Source: a virus | Strand: one strand, 5' to 3' | Length of the DNA: 43,736 nucleotides | Virus genome (UHGV): UHGV-0197631 | Part shown: piece after piece, positions 9,676 through 19,305 of the stretch | How positions within the stretch are numbered: the stretch's first letter is position 1 | Layout of the letters: each line of letters starts with the position of its first letter | Notes under the pieces: generated by a model | What the model was told of the DNA's origin: nothing | The model's input: only the letters and a program-made list of their open reading frames with translations | Database searches by the model: none | Position numbers and translations under genes: made by a program

Positions 9676-10858
9676 CGGAGGGTTTCGTGGTCATGTTCAT
9701 CGGTGTGAGATAGACATCACCACCGGGTCGTGGATTCATATCTTCCAGGTCGCGGCAGTCATTGGGAGAGTAAATTCCCCAGTTGATCCCGGTGGCGTAG
9801 GCTTCAAAACGGGACTTCATATCCCCGCGCAGTAACGCCCCGGCGTTAAATTTGGCGTAATAAACGCCCTGCTTACTTTTTCGTACCAGTCCGGTGTTGA
9901 TCCGCTGTTCGATGCGGGTCAGATACGGCACCAGTGAATAGTTGATAAATCCCAGCCCCAGCTCTTCGATATTGTTGAAGGTGGCGCGATCGGTGTTCTG
10001 CACCATGTGCAACGGCACCCGGAACAGACGACAGATTTCTTCAAGCTGAAACTTGCGGGTTTCCAGGAACTGGCTGTCCTCGGCGTTCAGCGCCATCGAC
10101 TTCCAGTCCAGCCCCATCTCAAGGATCATCGGGCGGTGAGCATTGCCAAGCCCGGTGTGACGCTCCTCAAAATCTTTCTTCAGGCGCTCATAAGCCTGAT
10201 CTGACAGCGTCTGCTCTGTACGCAACACACCCGACGTCACCGCGCCATTGCTGAACAGTCTGGCCCCGTGCTCTTCGGTCGCTGCCGCCAGCGATATTGC
10301 CTCGCGGGCATAGGCGATGGGATTCAGCCCCACCAGTCCGTCCAGCGTCAGCGTGCGCACATGCCAGATATCCTCCTGGCTCAGTACATCCGCGGAGCCA
10401 TCCGGGAATGTGACCTGATAGACCGGTTCCCAGCTACTGTTAAGCTTCGGTACCACACAGCCGGGATCGACGGGCAGCAGTTCAGCCACTTCGCCAAATG
10501 CTTTCACTTTGTAGGCGTAAAAGTTTCCCCTCAGGCACAGACAGGTGACCACCAGCTCCCAGAACTCCTGCGGCGTCATATAGCCATTGGGATGCGTGGA
10601 GATCAGCTTATGCAGACGTTCGCCGGTGGCTCTCTGTTTAAGGCTGCCGTTCAGGTGATACAGATTGCAGGGCAACATCCCGACCGACTCCGCCAGCACC
10701 CTGACACAGGAAAAAACCGCCGTCAGTCGCATGGCCCGCTGGCTGCTGATCTGCTTTCCGGTATAGGTGTCGTAGGACAACCCGATAGCATCCGCCAGCT
10801 CTGCTGGCGTGGTCACCGGTGCGTCACTTTTTCGTTGAAATAATCCCGAAAAGAACAC
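9617..10858 (-). CDS. portal protein, HK97 family
   Basis: 413 aa; downstream of large terminase, overlaps the protease gene start. Confidence 0.8.
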   Translation of the reverse strand: MFFSGLFQRKSDAPVTTPAELADAIGLSYDTYTGKQISSQRAMRLTAVFSCVRVLAESVGMLPCNLYHLNGSLKQRATGERLHKLISTHPNGYMTPQEFWELVVTCLCLRGNFYAYKVKAFGEVAELLPVDPGCVVPKLNSSWEPVYQVTFPDGSADVLSQEDIWHVRTLTLDGLVGLNPIAYAREAISLAAATEEHGARLFSNGAVTSGVLRTEQTLSDQAYERLKKDFEERHTGLGNAHRPMILEMGLDWKSMALNAEDSQFLETRKFQLEEICRLFRVPLHMVQNTDRATFNNIEELGLGFINYSLVPYLTRIEQRINTGLVRKSKQGVYYAKFNAGALLRGDMKSRFEAYATGINWGIYSPNDCRDLEDMNPRPGGDVYLTPMNMTTKPSDGSKAGKQKDNANADETTS

Positions 10859-11040
10859 TATTTACCTCCGCCGACAGACGACTGTGTACGGTCGAGATAT
10901 CGCGCCACCAGCCACGACCAGAACAGGCACAACGCCCCGGCAACAACAAACCCCGCCGGGGGATAAATCAGCCAGGCACCATACGCCAGCAAAAGCGCCC
11001 CCAGCACGCCCACCAGAGGCGCGAGAATCAGCATGATCAT
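10858..11040 (-). CDS. small two-helix membrane protein
   Basis: 60 aa, two hydrophobic segments ([23 protein letters not shown]; [15 protein letters not shown]); sits between terminase and portal. Confidence 0.35.
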
Positions 11041-11051
11041 AATTACCTCAG

Positions 11052-12785
11052 TTAAAGCGAGCGGATCCCATAGGACTCAATGTGGTCAGACAGCGTGTCT
11101 TCTTTCTCGTACAGCATGGCTCTGCCAACCGCCATAATCAGCGCAACTGCACCATCGATTTTGTTTTCCGCCTGCTCTTTGACGGGCTTCACCACATCAT
11201 CGTTACCTGGCATGTTTTTGCCGACCACATTGCCGATACACCAGGTCATGATGGGATTGCCGTCATGATGAAAGCGTCCCGATTCAATCGCTGCTTCCAG
11301 CTCTTTCATCGGATCGGACATATTGGCGAAGTTCTGGACGATAGTGACGGGATTCAGATCTTCATCAGCAAGGTCATGTGACAGCCCGGTCGCCCCGAAG
11401 GGGTCGATGGGTGACTCACTGACCGGGCTGATTTTGTTCGCCGCTTTGGCCTCCTCGAGGATGTAGCGATAATCCACCTCTGCACCATCGGTAACGGTCA
11501 GGACGCCCATTTCCACCCATTTCTGAAAGCGTTCGGCTGTCCGTCTATCTTCATTTTTCTCGACGCTGTACACCGTGTCATACGGTACCCAGAAGCGCGG
11601 GGCCACACTGTAGTAATGCGTTTTACCGTCAATCTCGCGGGTATAAAGTCGCGCCATGCTGTTCATATCCAGCTTACGCGCCAGGTCAAAGGCCAGAATG
11701 CACGGCTGCCCCTCGAACTGCTCAAGGGTCAGTGATTTATCCTCGCAGCTCTGCCAGCTCACCAGGTTGAAATACGCCGAACGCGCCGACACCCAGATAT
11801 TGAGGTGTTTTGTTTTAAAGACGTTTGCCAGACGGGCGTTATTTTTCGCACGCTGCTGCTGACTTAACAAAAATTCGCGATAAACCGACACGCCAATATT
11901 TGGATTGGCTTTTTCCAGCACCTGCGGGTCGGTCCAGTCGTCACCTTCATCAACGGTATAGATGATCCCGAACAGTTCATCGTTAGGCACCGAGCCGTTG
12001 AGCATCTCGATGACTTCCCGCCGCTTGTCGTAGCACGGCCCCTCAATGTTGTACCCGGCGGTGGTGATGGCCCACATCAGTGGCTGACGTCGCGCCCCCA
12101 TCCCGGTAAGCATTGTGGTATAAAGCGCATCGGTGGCATGCTCGTGATATTCATCCACCACCGCACAGTGGGGTGATGAGCCATCACCGGGGTTGCCGAT
12201 CAGCGGTTCAAACCGCGCGCCATCCTCCGGACGGTTCATGTTTGAGGCGTTAACCTCAATCCCGAACGCTTCCGTCAGCATGGGTGTGCGTTTACACATC
12301 AGTCGCGCCGGGCGAAAGACTTCCCACGCCTGTTTCTCTGTCGTGGCACCGGAATACACTTCCGCGCCAAACTCGTTATCACAGGCAAAACAATACAGGG
12401 CAACACCGGCAGAGATTGCTGATTTGCCGTTCTTACGGGGGATTTCGGTGTACACCTCCCGGAAGCGGCGCAACCGGGTGCCTTTATTGACCCAGCCAAA
12501 CGCACAGCAGATCACAAATAGCTGCCACGGCTCCAGCGTGATGGGCATCCGTTTGAATGCCCACTCCCCCTTGGTGTGCGGCAACAGCTGAATAAATTTC
12601 GCGGCCCGTTCAGCCAGGTCCTTGTCGAAGCGGTAACGAAACGACTTACTTTTTTCCGCCATCAGGTCATCAAGATGGCGCTGGCAGGCCTGAATCACAA
12701 ACTGGCAGGCCACAATCTTTCCGCGCACGACATTCCGGGCATACTGATTGGCAGCATTTACGTTGGGGTAAGATTTCCGGCTCAT
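11052..12785 (-). CDS. terminase large subunit
   Basis: 577 aa; ATPase N-terminal region and nuclease C-terminal region character; precedes portal. Confidence 0.85.
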
Positions 12786-12798
12786 GATTCGATGATTT

Positions 12799-13293
12799 TC
12801 AGATTGTCAGAAACGGGTTAGTGGCTTTCTTCTTCCCCGCCAGGCCAATCAGACGCTGGCGGCTGCTGGGGTCGAGTCCGAGCATTGCCCCCGTACTGCT
12901 CATCTCGGACTCCTGTTCTTTTTTGGCGGTCAGCTCCGGATTTTTGACCCTGCCGCCCATTGCACCGGTGATGGTGTTGCCCTGTCTGGCAATATTTTTC
13001 ACGGCACGTCGCCAGAACTCGTAGGCCACGCACCACCGCTCAAGCACCGCGAGGTCAGTCACGCACAACAGGCCCTGACCGCAGAGTTCTTTGGTTGTCA
13101 GTTGCCACATGATCGTGGCGAGAGGGAGATTTTCTTCTGCGAACCACTCCGGTGGCTCAACACCTTTGATGGGCGTAAAAACAGGTTCATCTTTATTCAG
13201 GGCTCGCTTGCCGGGGTTTCCGGCCAGCGCCTTGCGCGCCGTTGGCTTGGGGCGACGCCCGGAACGCCCCGCCGTTCCAGCCATATGCGGCAC
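12799..13293 (-). CDS. terminase small subunit
   Basis: 164 aa, basic N-terminus, directly upstream of terminase large subunit. Confidence 0.75.
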   Translation of the reverse strand: MPHMAGTAGRSGRRPKPTARKALAGNPGKRALNKDEPVFTPIKGVEPPEWFAEENLPLATIMWQLTTKELCGQGLLCVTDLAVLERWCVAYEFWRRAVKNIARQGNTITGAMGGRVKNPELTAKKEQESEMSSTGAMLGLDPSSRQRLIGLAGKKKATNPFLTI

Positions 13294-13409
13294 TCCTGGT
13301 TAAATTTCATTTTTCGCGGGTATAAAAAAACGATGGGGCGGGCAGTCCGGAAGACGTCAGGTCACAGAGATTTGACCCGCCCCTCCCCTCAGACAGTTGA
13401 GAATTATTA
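13294..13409. other. putative cos / packaging recognition region
   Basis: Intergenic region between HNH endonuclease and terminase small subunit, the conserved cos location in HK97-like phages; contains GC-rich inverted repeat GGGGCGGG...CCCGCCCC. Confidence 0.35.
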
Positions 13410-13760
13410 TCACTTAAGTCGTTCACGGGCCGTCTTCGCCTTATGACACGGCCAGCACAGACTCTGCAGATTACAGTCGGCATCAGTGCCGCCATGCGCT
13501 TTAGGGATGATGTGGTCAACGGTTTTCGCTTCACGCACCACACCGGCACGCAGACATAACTGACATAAACCTTTGTCACGTTTCAGCACACGCGCGCGGA
13601 TAACGTCCCACTTCGAACCGTAGCCGCGCTGATGACGGGATTGTCCTGGCTTGTATTGCTTCCAGCCTTCGCTTTTGTGGCTTTCGCAATAGCCTGACGG
13701 GTCAGTGGTTGTAGAGCTGCAGCCGCGAATACGGCAGGCCTTTGGGATTCGTGGTGGCAT
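13410..13760 (-). CDS. HNH endonuclease (terminase-associated)
   Basis: 116 aa with Cys pairs and H-x-x-H elements (CxxC...DHIIPKAHGGTD...CWPCH); located just upstream of terminase as in HK97-like phages. Confidence 0.8.
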   Translation of the reverse strand: MPPRIPKACRIRGCSSTTTDPSGYCESHKSEGWKQYKPGQSRHQRGYGSKWDVIRARVLKRDKGLCQLCLRAGVVREAKTVDHIIPKAHGGTDADCNLQSLCWPCHKAKTARERLK

Positions 13761-13785
13761 TTATCAATCTCCACTCAATTCCTTT

Positions 13786-14310
13786 CTACTTCGTCATCAT
13801 TTTACTAAGTTCCTGAGGAGTCAATTCCCATGTAATAAACCGAGAAGACTCCAAAACATCATCTTCTCCGAGCAAGTATTTACGTATATTATTCATGAAG
13901 ACCCTATAATCTGGGGCATCATTCTTGTGCGACAGAATTTTAGACAATTCCGTTGCTAGATCAGCTGGTAACCATAAAAAAGCCTCATTTGTTAATTGTC
14001 TTAATCTTTTTCTGTCATATGGATTTGTCATCCATTCAGACATAAGCTCGGCAATTAATGCCGACTTCATTCTTATCTCATGTTGCCTTTTTTGCTTATC
14101 CAGAATAACAGTGTTTGCTGTTTTTATTGTTTCAAGCATAACATCGTATTCATGCTTGACTGCATTCTGCACAGTGCTTTGTAGCCAAGTTCTCCCAATA
14201 AAAAACATTAAAGGGAGTATTACAACCCAAGCGATTACATTTGCTATCCAACCAGCGTCCATATCTATCCTCATGAAAATAAAAATAATTAACACACAAG
14301 CTGTTAGCAT
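13786..14310 (-). CDS. AT-rich moron: membrane-anchored protein of unknown function
   Basis: 174 aa; N-terminal hydrophobic helices; markedly lower GC than flanking phage genes; between lysis cassette and HNH. Confidence 0.5.
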   Translation of the reverse strand: MLTACVLIIFIFMRIDMDAGWIANVIAWVVILPLMFFIGRTWLQSTVQNAVKHEYDVMLETIKTANTVILDKQKRQHEIRMKSALIAELMSEWMTNPYDRKRLRQLTNEAFLWLPADLATELSKILSHKNDAPDYRVFMNNIRKYLLGEDDVLESSRFITWELTPQELSKMMTK

Positions 14311-14321
14311 ATAACATTATT

Positions 14322-14579
14322 TCAATGATTACTTCTTTTGCTTTCTATTTTGCGGATTGCAACTTTATCTTGATTACATTGATTTAATGCTGATAACAAA
14401 TTCACATTCAAATCAAGACTTGCACCATACGTCAGTGGGTCGGGTATAAACGGTACAGGAGTATCAGAAGTCAAGCTGACTGGTAGTGGTGTATTCGGAA
14501 TGCTCACGTAAACTGTTCGCGTACTTCCGCAACCTGTCAGCAGCGGCAGCAGGTACAGGACGGGCAGCACAATCATCAT
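14322..14579 (-). CDS. o-spanin Rz1 (outer-membrane lipoprotein), out of frame within and beyond Rz
   Basis: Begins MMIVLPVLYLLPLLTGC (lipobox LTGC), proline-rich mature part; start at ATG 14579 inside the Rz gene in a different frame, extends past the Rz stop. Confidence 0.65.
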   Translation of the reverse strand: MMIVLPVLYLLPLLTGCGSTRTVYVSIPNTPLPVSLTSDTPVPFIPDPLTYGASLDLNVNLLSALNQCNQDKVAIRKIESKRSNH

Positions 14580-14856
14580 CCGCAACAGCCACTTTGATAT
14601 CTTCCTGGGTTCTCTGTGACTCCAGTGCGATCTGCTGTTTTGCATGCTGGTTAGCCTCCAGAACAGTATTGACGATTTGCATTGATTGCAGGACGTTATT
14701 GGTAATGGCAGTTGCTGATTCAGCATTTCGTACAGCCTCATCAGCACGTTTCTTTTCGTGCTGATATTTGCTGTAGTAGTGGTTAGCAGACCAGATGAAA
14801 GAACCGATGACAATAAAGAAGAATGCAGCGATAACCAGCTTATAGCTCAACTTCAT
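14464..14856 (-). CDS. i-spanin Rz
   Basis: 130 aa, N-terminal TM helix followed by coiled-coil; immediately downstream of endolysin. Confidence 0.75.
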   Translation of the reverse strand: MKLSYKLVIAAFFFIVIGSFIWSANHYYSKYQHEKKRADEAVRNAESATAITNNVLQSMQIVNTVLEANQHAKQQIALESQRTQEDIKVAVADDDCAARPVPAAAADRLRKYANSLREHSEYTTTSQLDF

Positions 14857-15316
14857 TTACCACCCCACCAGCATCTTTAAACATGGAAATCAGGTCACCG
14901 ATTTTATGTTCATACTGACCGTAACCTGCACCAGGTAACGACGCCCAGATATTGCTGCAACGGTCGATTGCCTGACGAATATCGCCACGGTCAATCATCG
15001 GTAAAGCGCCACGCTCTTTAATCTGCTGCAGCGCCACAGCGTCCTGACTTTCTGGCGAAAAATCTTTCAGGCCAAGCTGCTTGCGGTAGGCATCCCACCA
15101 GCGTGAAAGAAGCTGATACCGGCCTGCGGCTGTTGATTTAAGCTTCGGGTTTAGCGTGACAAGTTTGCGAGGGTGATCGGAGTAATCAGTGAAGAGTTCG
15201 CCACCGACAATAACGTCATAACCGTGGTTACGTGTCGGTTGTCGCCCGTTATCCGTTCCTTCTGACCAGGCCACCATATCCAGGAAAGCTTTACGCTGGG
15301 GATTTAGTTCCTGCAT
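14840..15316 (-). CDS. R: endolysin, lambda R-type lytic transglycosylase
   Basis: 158 aa; near-identical over most of its length to my recollection of lambda R (NQRKAFLDM.AWSEGTDNGRQ.TRNHGYDVIVGGELFTDYSDHPRKLVTLNPKLKST.AGRYQLLSRWWDAYRKQLGLKDFSP). Confidence 0.9.
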   Translation of the reverse strand: MQELNPQRKAFLDMVAWSEGTDNGRQPTRNHGYDVIVGGELFTDYSDHPRKLVTLNPKLKSTAAGRYQLLSRWWDAYRKQLGLKDFSPESQDAVALQQIKERGALPMIDRGDIRQAIDRCSNIWASLPGAGYGQYEHKIGDLISMFKDAGGVVNEVEL

Positions 15317-15319
15317 AAA

Positions 15320-15670
15320 TTACTCCTTCGAGCTACCAAATTTGTTACCGATTACTCGCATTGCAGCCCCACGAATAGCATCGACACCGATCAACCCAAC
15401 GCCACCACCAATGGCAACAGAAAGCGATTTAGGCCATCCGACATACTCAAGAGCGGATGCAAAAGTCAGCGTCAGAGCGCCGCAGAGCAAAATCTCGAGC
15501 GTTTTTCGCTTCCAGCCACCACCACCGCCAAAATAGGCAATGCGCAAGCCAGCCATAACGATCGACATAATTACTGCGCCCAGCGGTGTGTCTCCACGCC
15601 ACCAGCTCTGTAACAATTCAAGTAAGTCAGACCAGGAATGAGGATCGTTATGCATTTTCATAATTCCCAC
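15320..15670 (-). CDS. holin (possible dual-start holin/antiholin)
   Basis: 116 aa with hydrophobic helices; N-terminus MGIMKM offers alternative Met starts; directly upstream of endolysin. Confidence 0.65.
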   Translation of the reverse strand: MGIMKMHNDPHSWSDLLELLQSWWRGDTPLGAVIMSIVMAGLRIAYFGGGGGWKRKTLEILLCGALTLTFASALEYVGWPKSLSVAIGGGVGLIGVDAIRGAAMRVIGNKFGSSKE

Positions 15671-15750
15671 CTCCGGTTATCGGAAGTGCAACGAGTGAAG
15701 GGAAAGAAGCTGGTTATAGCGCTGAGTCGCAAAAGATGCGTAGTGCACAA

Positions 15751-15780
15751 AAAAGGCCGCCCACAGGCAGCCTCTTTTTA
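15751..15780. terminator. stem-loop followed by T-run (intrinsic terminator-like)
   Basis: GGCCGCC cacag GCAGCC stem (one mismatch) flanked by A-run and T-run; between the Cys-rich ORF and holin. Confidence 0.35.
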
Positions 15781-15792
15781 TAATTCATTGAG

Positions 15793-16035
15793 TTAACAAC
15801 ATTTAAATGCTGGTGGTATAGAAGGTTTTTCACCAGAACGGCAAGCCGGACACCATGACTGAACGATATGCCTGCCGTCTCCCATATCCCTATAACCAAA
15901 GTCTATTGTTTTATAAAAAACGTGCACTCCGGCATCAGCAGAACATTTTGGGCAAGATTTATATTCAACGCCATCTTGTTCAACTTCTCGTGAATAACTT
16001 AATGACTGCTCACAAACAGAACAACGCTCCACCAT
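15793..16035 (-). CDS. small Cys-rich (zinc-ribbon-like) protein in the Q-holin moron slot
   Basis: 80 aa with CxxC, CPKC, CPAC pairs; located downstream of the tR'-like terminator where lambdoid phages carry morons. Confidence 0.4.
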   Translation of the reverse strand: MVERCSVCEQSLSYSREVEQDGVEYKSCPKCSADAGVHVFYKTIDFGYRDMGDGRHIVQSWCPACRSGEKPSIPPAFKCC

Positions 16036-16190
16036 ATATGCTCTCCTGTTTTTGATAGAGATTTATGGGTAGCAATTCCATTCAAAAGAAACATTGAAGG
16101 GTGTCACTTTTTCAAAATGAGCGTAGCTGGCTGCCAGTTTTTTGTACAACACACTTTAAGGAAGGAGAGCCTTAAAAACACAATTGACAT

Positions 16191-16220
16191 CAATAAAAAA
16201 CCGCTCGGTGGCGGTTTCTT
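16191..16220 (-). terminator. tR'-like intrinsic terminator of the late leader transcript
   Basis: Minus-strand AAACCGC caccga GCGGTTT stem followed by TTTTTTATTG; lies ~100 nt downstream of the Q gene end. Confidence 0.5.
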
Positions 16221-16323
16221 GAAGATTATCAACGGTAGACACACAAAGCCCATCGTTAGGGAAATCCTAACCATATTTTTTGAAAAATGCAAGCATCATG
16301 TCGCTATCTTCGGCGAAAATTAC

Positions 16324-17076
16324 TTATCTCGTCACCTTTCTCAATTGTGCTTCAGCGTAAGATTCCTCCTGCCAGCACTTTGTAACCAGTTTATCAATGA
16401 CATTTGCATATCCTTTGTACCACTGATAATCAGTCAGGTCCGGTACCAGCTTCTGGACATGATTCCGCGCCAGTGTGGTTGGTAAACGGCTAAACCGGTT
16501 TCCATTGCAACGCCCACAAATCTTATAAACAGGCGTGCCATGAAGCCGGGTTCTTTTTTCATCCAGAACAATACCTTTACCCTTACACCCTCTGCACGCT
16601 GTGCTGACTTCTCCCTTACCATGACAATGCTGACATAGTTCCTTCACCCACTCTTCCTTGATAACAGATTCCCCGCTTCTGGAGTGTTTCACCACTTCGC
16701 GCAATACATTATGAAATCCAGTACCAGCACAATGCTCACAGCGAGCCTTACTTGCCGCAGACCTGGAATAATCAGCAAAGGCAAAATTCACAAGGTAAGG
16801 GATGATCTGTAACCGGGTTTCTTCACTCAATTTGTTCAATGTCGGGTTATCCAGTGCCATCGCGTAATTGAGCAGACCTTCAATCGCAAACTGAGGATCC
16901 TGAACACCAACTTTTGCCAGAAATAAGGCAAACCCAAGCGGTGCTTTCGACTGCACCATCCCCTGCGCAGCCATCACATCCGTAATTGTTAAACCACCAG
17001 AGCCTGTCGCCGGTGCGTCATCGCTCAGTTTTGGAGATTTCGGGGAGTAATATTTCGGTAAGGCTTCAAGGTTCAT
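16324..17076 (-). CDS. late-gene antitermination protein Q (Qin QuuQ-like, Cys-rich zinc-binding type)
   Basis: 250 aa from MNLEALPKYYSPKSPKLSDD; multiple CxxC/HCHGKG motifs; GGAGA Shine-Dalgarno 7 nt upstream of ATG 17076; position before lysis genes. Confidence 0.75.
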   Translation of the reverse strand: MNLEALPKYYSPKSPKLSDDAPATGSGGLTITDVMAAQGMVQSKAPLGFALFLAKVGVQDPQFAIEGLLNYAMALDNPTLNKLSEETRLQIIPYLVNFAFADYSRSAASKARCEHCAGTGFHNVLREVVKHSRSGESVIKEEWVKELCQHCHGKGEVSTACRGCKGKGIVLDEKRTRLHGTPVYKICGRCNGNRFSRLPTTLARNHVQKLVPDLTDYQWYKGYANVIDKLVTKCWQEESYAEAQLRKVTR

Positions 17077-17089
17077 GCTCGTTCTCCAC

Positions 17090-18085
17090 TTACGCCAGCA
17101 CGCCAATTGCCAGCGCACGATCGATAAAACGAAATATCAGCTCCAGCTGGGAGCCATACTTCTCTTCAAATGCCACGGTATCCGCATGCAGCTCGTCGTG
17201 ATGCTTTCTGCACAAAGGCAACACAAAGAGGTCATGCGCTTTTGTACCCATTCCCCCCTGACCGTGGCCTATCAGGTGGTGGGGATCATCAGCTGGCTTT
17301 CCACAACATGCACACGGCTGTGTCTTAACCCAGCGCGTGTACTTTTCATTAACCCAGCGGCGACGTTTTGGGCGTAACATAAAAGACTCCGGCGACTCCG
17401 GATCCACTTTCAGCGCCAGCACCTTTTTCGCTTTATCCTGGATAATGCTGGTGGCAGGAACCGAAGGAACAAGGTCACTCTCCCGGGTGACAGACGGCAC
17501 AACAGGCTTCGGTAATCTCAGTGCCTTACGGGCTGCACTTTCCGGTAAGGCATCCGCCAGGTCATTACGAACCAGCCACCAGCACAGTTCCGGCATTGTC
17601 ACAACGTGACTGTCATCAAAACCGAGATCACGGCGCACAACAGATAACACCCAGCGGGCACAGTTATCCGTTGCCATTGATTCCAGCCCTTCCGTGAACT
17701 GATCGCGCAACTGGTTATCGCAGTGCCAGCACAGACGGATTGCGCCCGGAGCGTGCCGCATTGTGGTCATGTTCTCGCTGTGCCAGTCGGAATGAGGCCA
17801 CTGGCAGCCTTTTTCACGAAGTAACCAGCTTTCAAGACATTCCACGCCACCAGCACGACGGATCACTGCCTCATTGCGGAACACGGCCCGAACGGCAGGA
17901 TCATCCGCCAGCGGTTGTGATGCCGCCGGAACGGCACCACTGGCGAAAGATGAATAACGTTCCGGCTCAGGCTCCAGCAGGACACGCCCCTGCATAAACA
18001 GGGGCATCAGCTCTGAACCTGGCCTGAACAATACGATCCCCATACGCGGGGCAATTTCAGGGGTCAGTAGTGCTCTCACGGTCAC
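17090..18085 (-). CDS. DUF968-like prophage protein with C-terminal Cys/His nuclease-like motif
   Basis: 331 aa; C-terminus CACCGKPADDPHHLIGHGQGGMGTKAHD...LCRKHHDELH; adjacent to Q as in Qin-type prophages. Confidence 0.55.
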   Translation of the reverse strand: MTVRALLTPEIAPRMGIVLFRPGSELMPLFMQGRVLLEPEPERYSSFASGAVPAASQPLADDPAVRAVFRNEAVIRRAGGVECLESWLLREKGCQWPHSDWHSENMTTMRHAPGAIRLCWHCDNQLRDQFTEGLESMATDNCARWVLSVVRRDLGFDDSHVVTMPELCWWLVRNDLADALPESAARKALRLPKPVVPSVTRESDLVPSVPATSIIQDKAKKVLALKVDPESPESFMLRPKRRRWVNEKYTRWVKTQPCACCGKPADDPHHLIGHGQGGMGTKAHDLFVLPLCRKHHDELHADTVAFEEKYGSQLELIFRFIDRALAIGVLA

Positions 18086-18086
18086 C

Positions 18087-18929
18087 TCAATGAACGGTAT
18101 CGAGCAGCTTTAACAGCTCAGGGAATCGGGATTCGAAGAAATGCGGCTGCGTCTCGCGCGGATTTGCGGGACTGGTGATGTTCTTGCCGAACATGCAGCC
18201 TTTCGCTGTCAGCGACCAGAATTTTTTGATGTTGTTAATCGCAGTGCGGCTGTATCGTTCACGTTGTTCAACGATCCCCAGCTTCGCCATCTGGTGATAT
18301 GCCTGATTAGCTGTCAGGCGGATACCATACTGCTTCAGCAGTGCACTCAGTGACAGCGTGGGGCGGCTTGAGCCATCAGGCGCGTCAGCAGGAGCATCAA
18401 TGGCATAGCGCGGTGCCAGATTCGGTAAGCCAACAGCCTCCTGGAGTTTCTGACAGGCACCAAGCACTGATGAGTTAGACAGGTTTAACTCCCTGCGCAT
18501 AAAGTCCAGCAGAATCACACCAGCCTGCATCTTGTCAGCAGCCTGTCCGGATAATTTTTCCGGTGCGCTGGTTACCATGTCGAAAGTACGGATCACTTTC
18601 AGATGGAATGACGGGCTGATCCACATTGCATAGGCATACACCAGTTCCTTGCAGACATAAGTTCCCCGTTCATTTCCCCCATGAATCACACTCACCGGGT
18701 CAACACCCAAATTCTGGGTGTTGGTCAATTCATGAACAAGTTCAACAGTTTGTTGGCTGGAAAGAAACTTTCCTGGCTCCTTGGTTCTGGCATTTGCACC
18801 AGATGCTACTGCTGCGCGATGCAGATCGTTCAGGCTGTAACGTCCATAAGCATCACGACGAACTTCAATACCATCAATGACCATCAGATTATTCATACTT
18901 CGTTTCTCCTCTTGATCAGGCGGCTGCAC
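18087..18929 (-). CDS. KilA-N domain protein
   Basis: 280 aa; N-terminal VIDGIEVRRDAYGRYSLNDLHRA... typical of KilA-N DNA-binding domain. Confidence 0.6.
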   Translation of the reverse strand: MQPPDQEEKRSMNNLMVIDGIEVRRDAYGRYSLNDLHRAAVASGANARTKEPGKFLSSQQTVELVHELTNTQNLGVDPVSVIHGGNERGTYVCKELVYAYAMWISPSFHLKVIRTFDMVTSAPEKLSGQAADKMQAGVILLDFMRRELNLSNSSVLGACQKLQEAVGLPNLAPRYAIDAPADAPDGSSRPTLSLSALLKQYGIRLTANQAYHQMAKLGIVEQRERYSRTAINNIKKFWSLTAKGCMFGKNITSPANPRETQPHFFESRFPELLKLLDTVH

Positions 18930-19305
18930 CCGCCGTTTTCTCGTACTTACTGATAGTGATCTCGACCTTCCCTTCCGGGATAACCGGTCCCCACTCCACC
19001 AGCATTCTTTTCACCTGACTGTCGTCTTCCCACACCCCCGCGTGGGTCAGGGCGTCAAACAGCGCCTTGTTATAGTTGTCCAGATCGCGGATCCTGTTAT
19101 CCGGAGGAAACAACACGATCTCCACTGAAGCAGGTGCCGACGTTGGTTTCGGCAGACGACGTAACTGTTCAACTATTGCTGCGCACGCCGCGCTCTGAAA
19201 TTTTCGCCCCGCCGCGCTTATCAGGCTCTTACCTGCAAACGCCCCTTTGTTGGGGTGTCGCCAGTACGTGTTCACGCTGGGCGGGAAAGGCAGGATCAGC
19301 TTCAT
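18916..19305 (-). CDS. rusA: crossover junction endodeoxyribonuclease RusA (Holliday junction resolvase)
   Basis: 129 aa; LPFPPSVNTYWRH... and acidic catalytic residues (DLDNYNKALFDAL) characteristic of RusA. Confidence 0.75.
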   Translation of the reverse strand: MKLILPFPPSVNTYWRHPNKGAFAGKSLISAAGRKFQSAACAAIVEQLRRLPKPTSAPASVEIVLFPPDNRIRDLDNYNKALFDALTHAGVWEDDSQVKRMLVEWGPVIPEGKVEITISKYEKTAGAAA

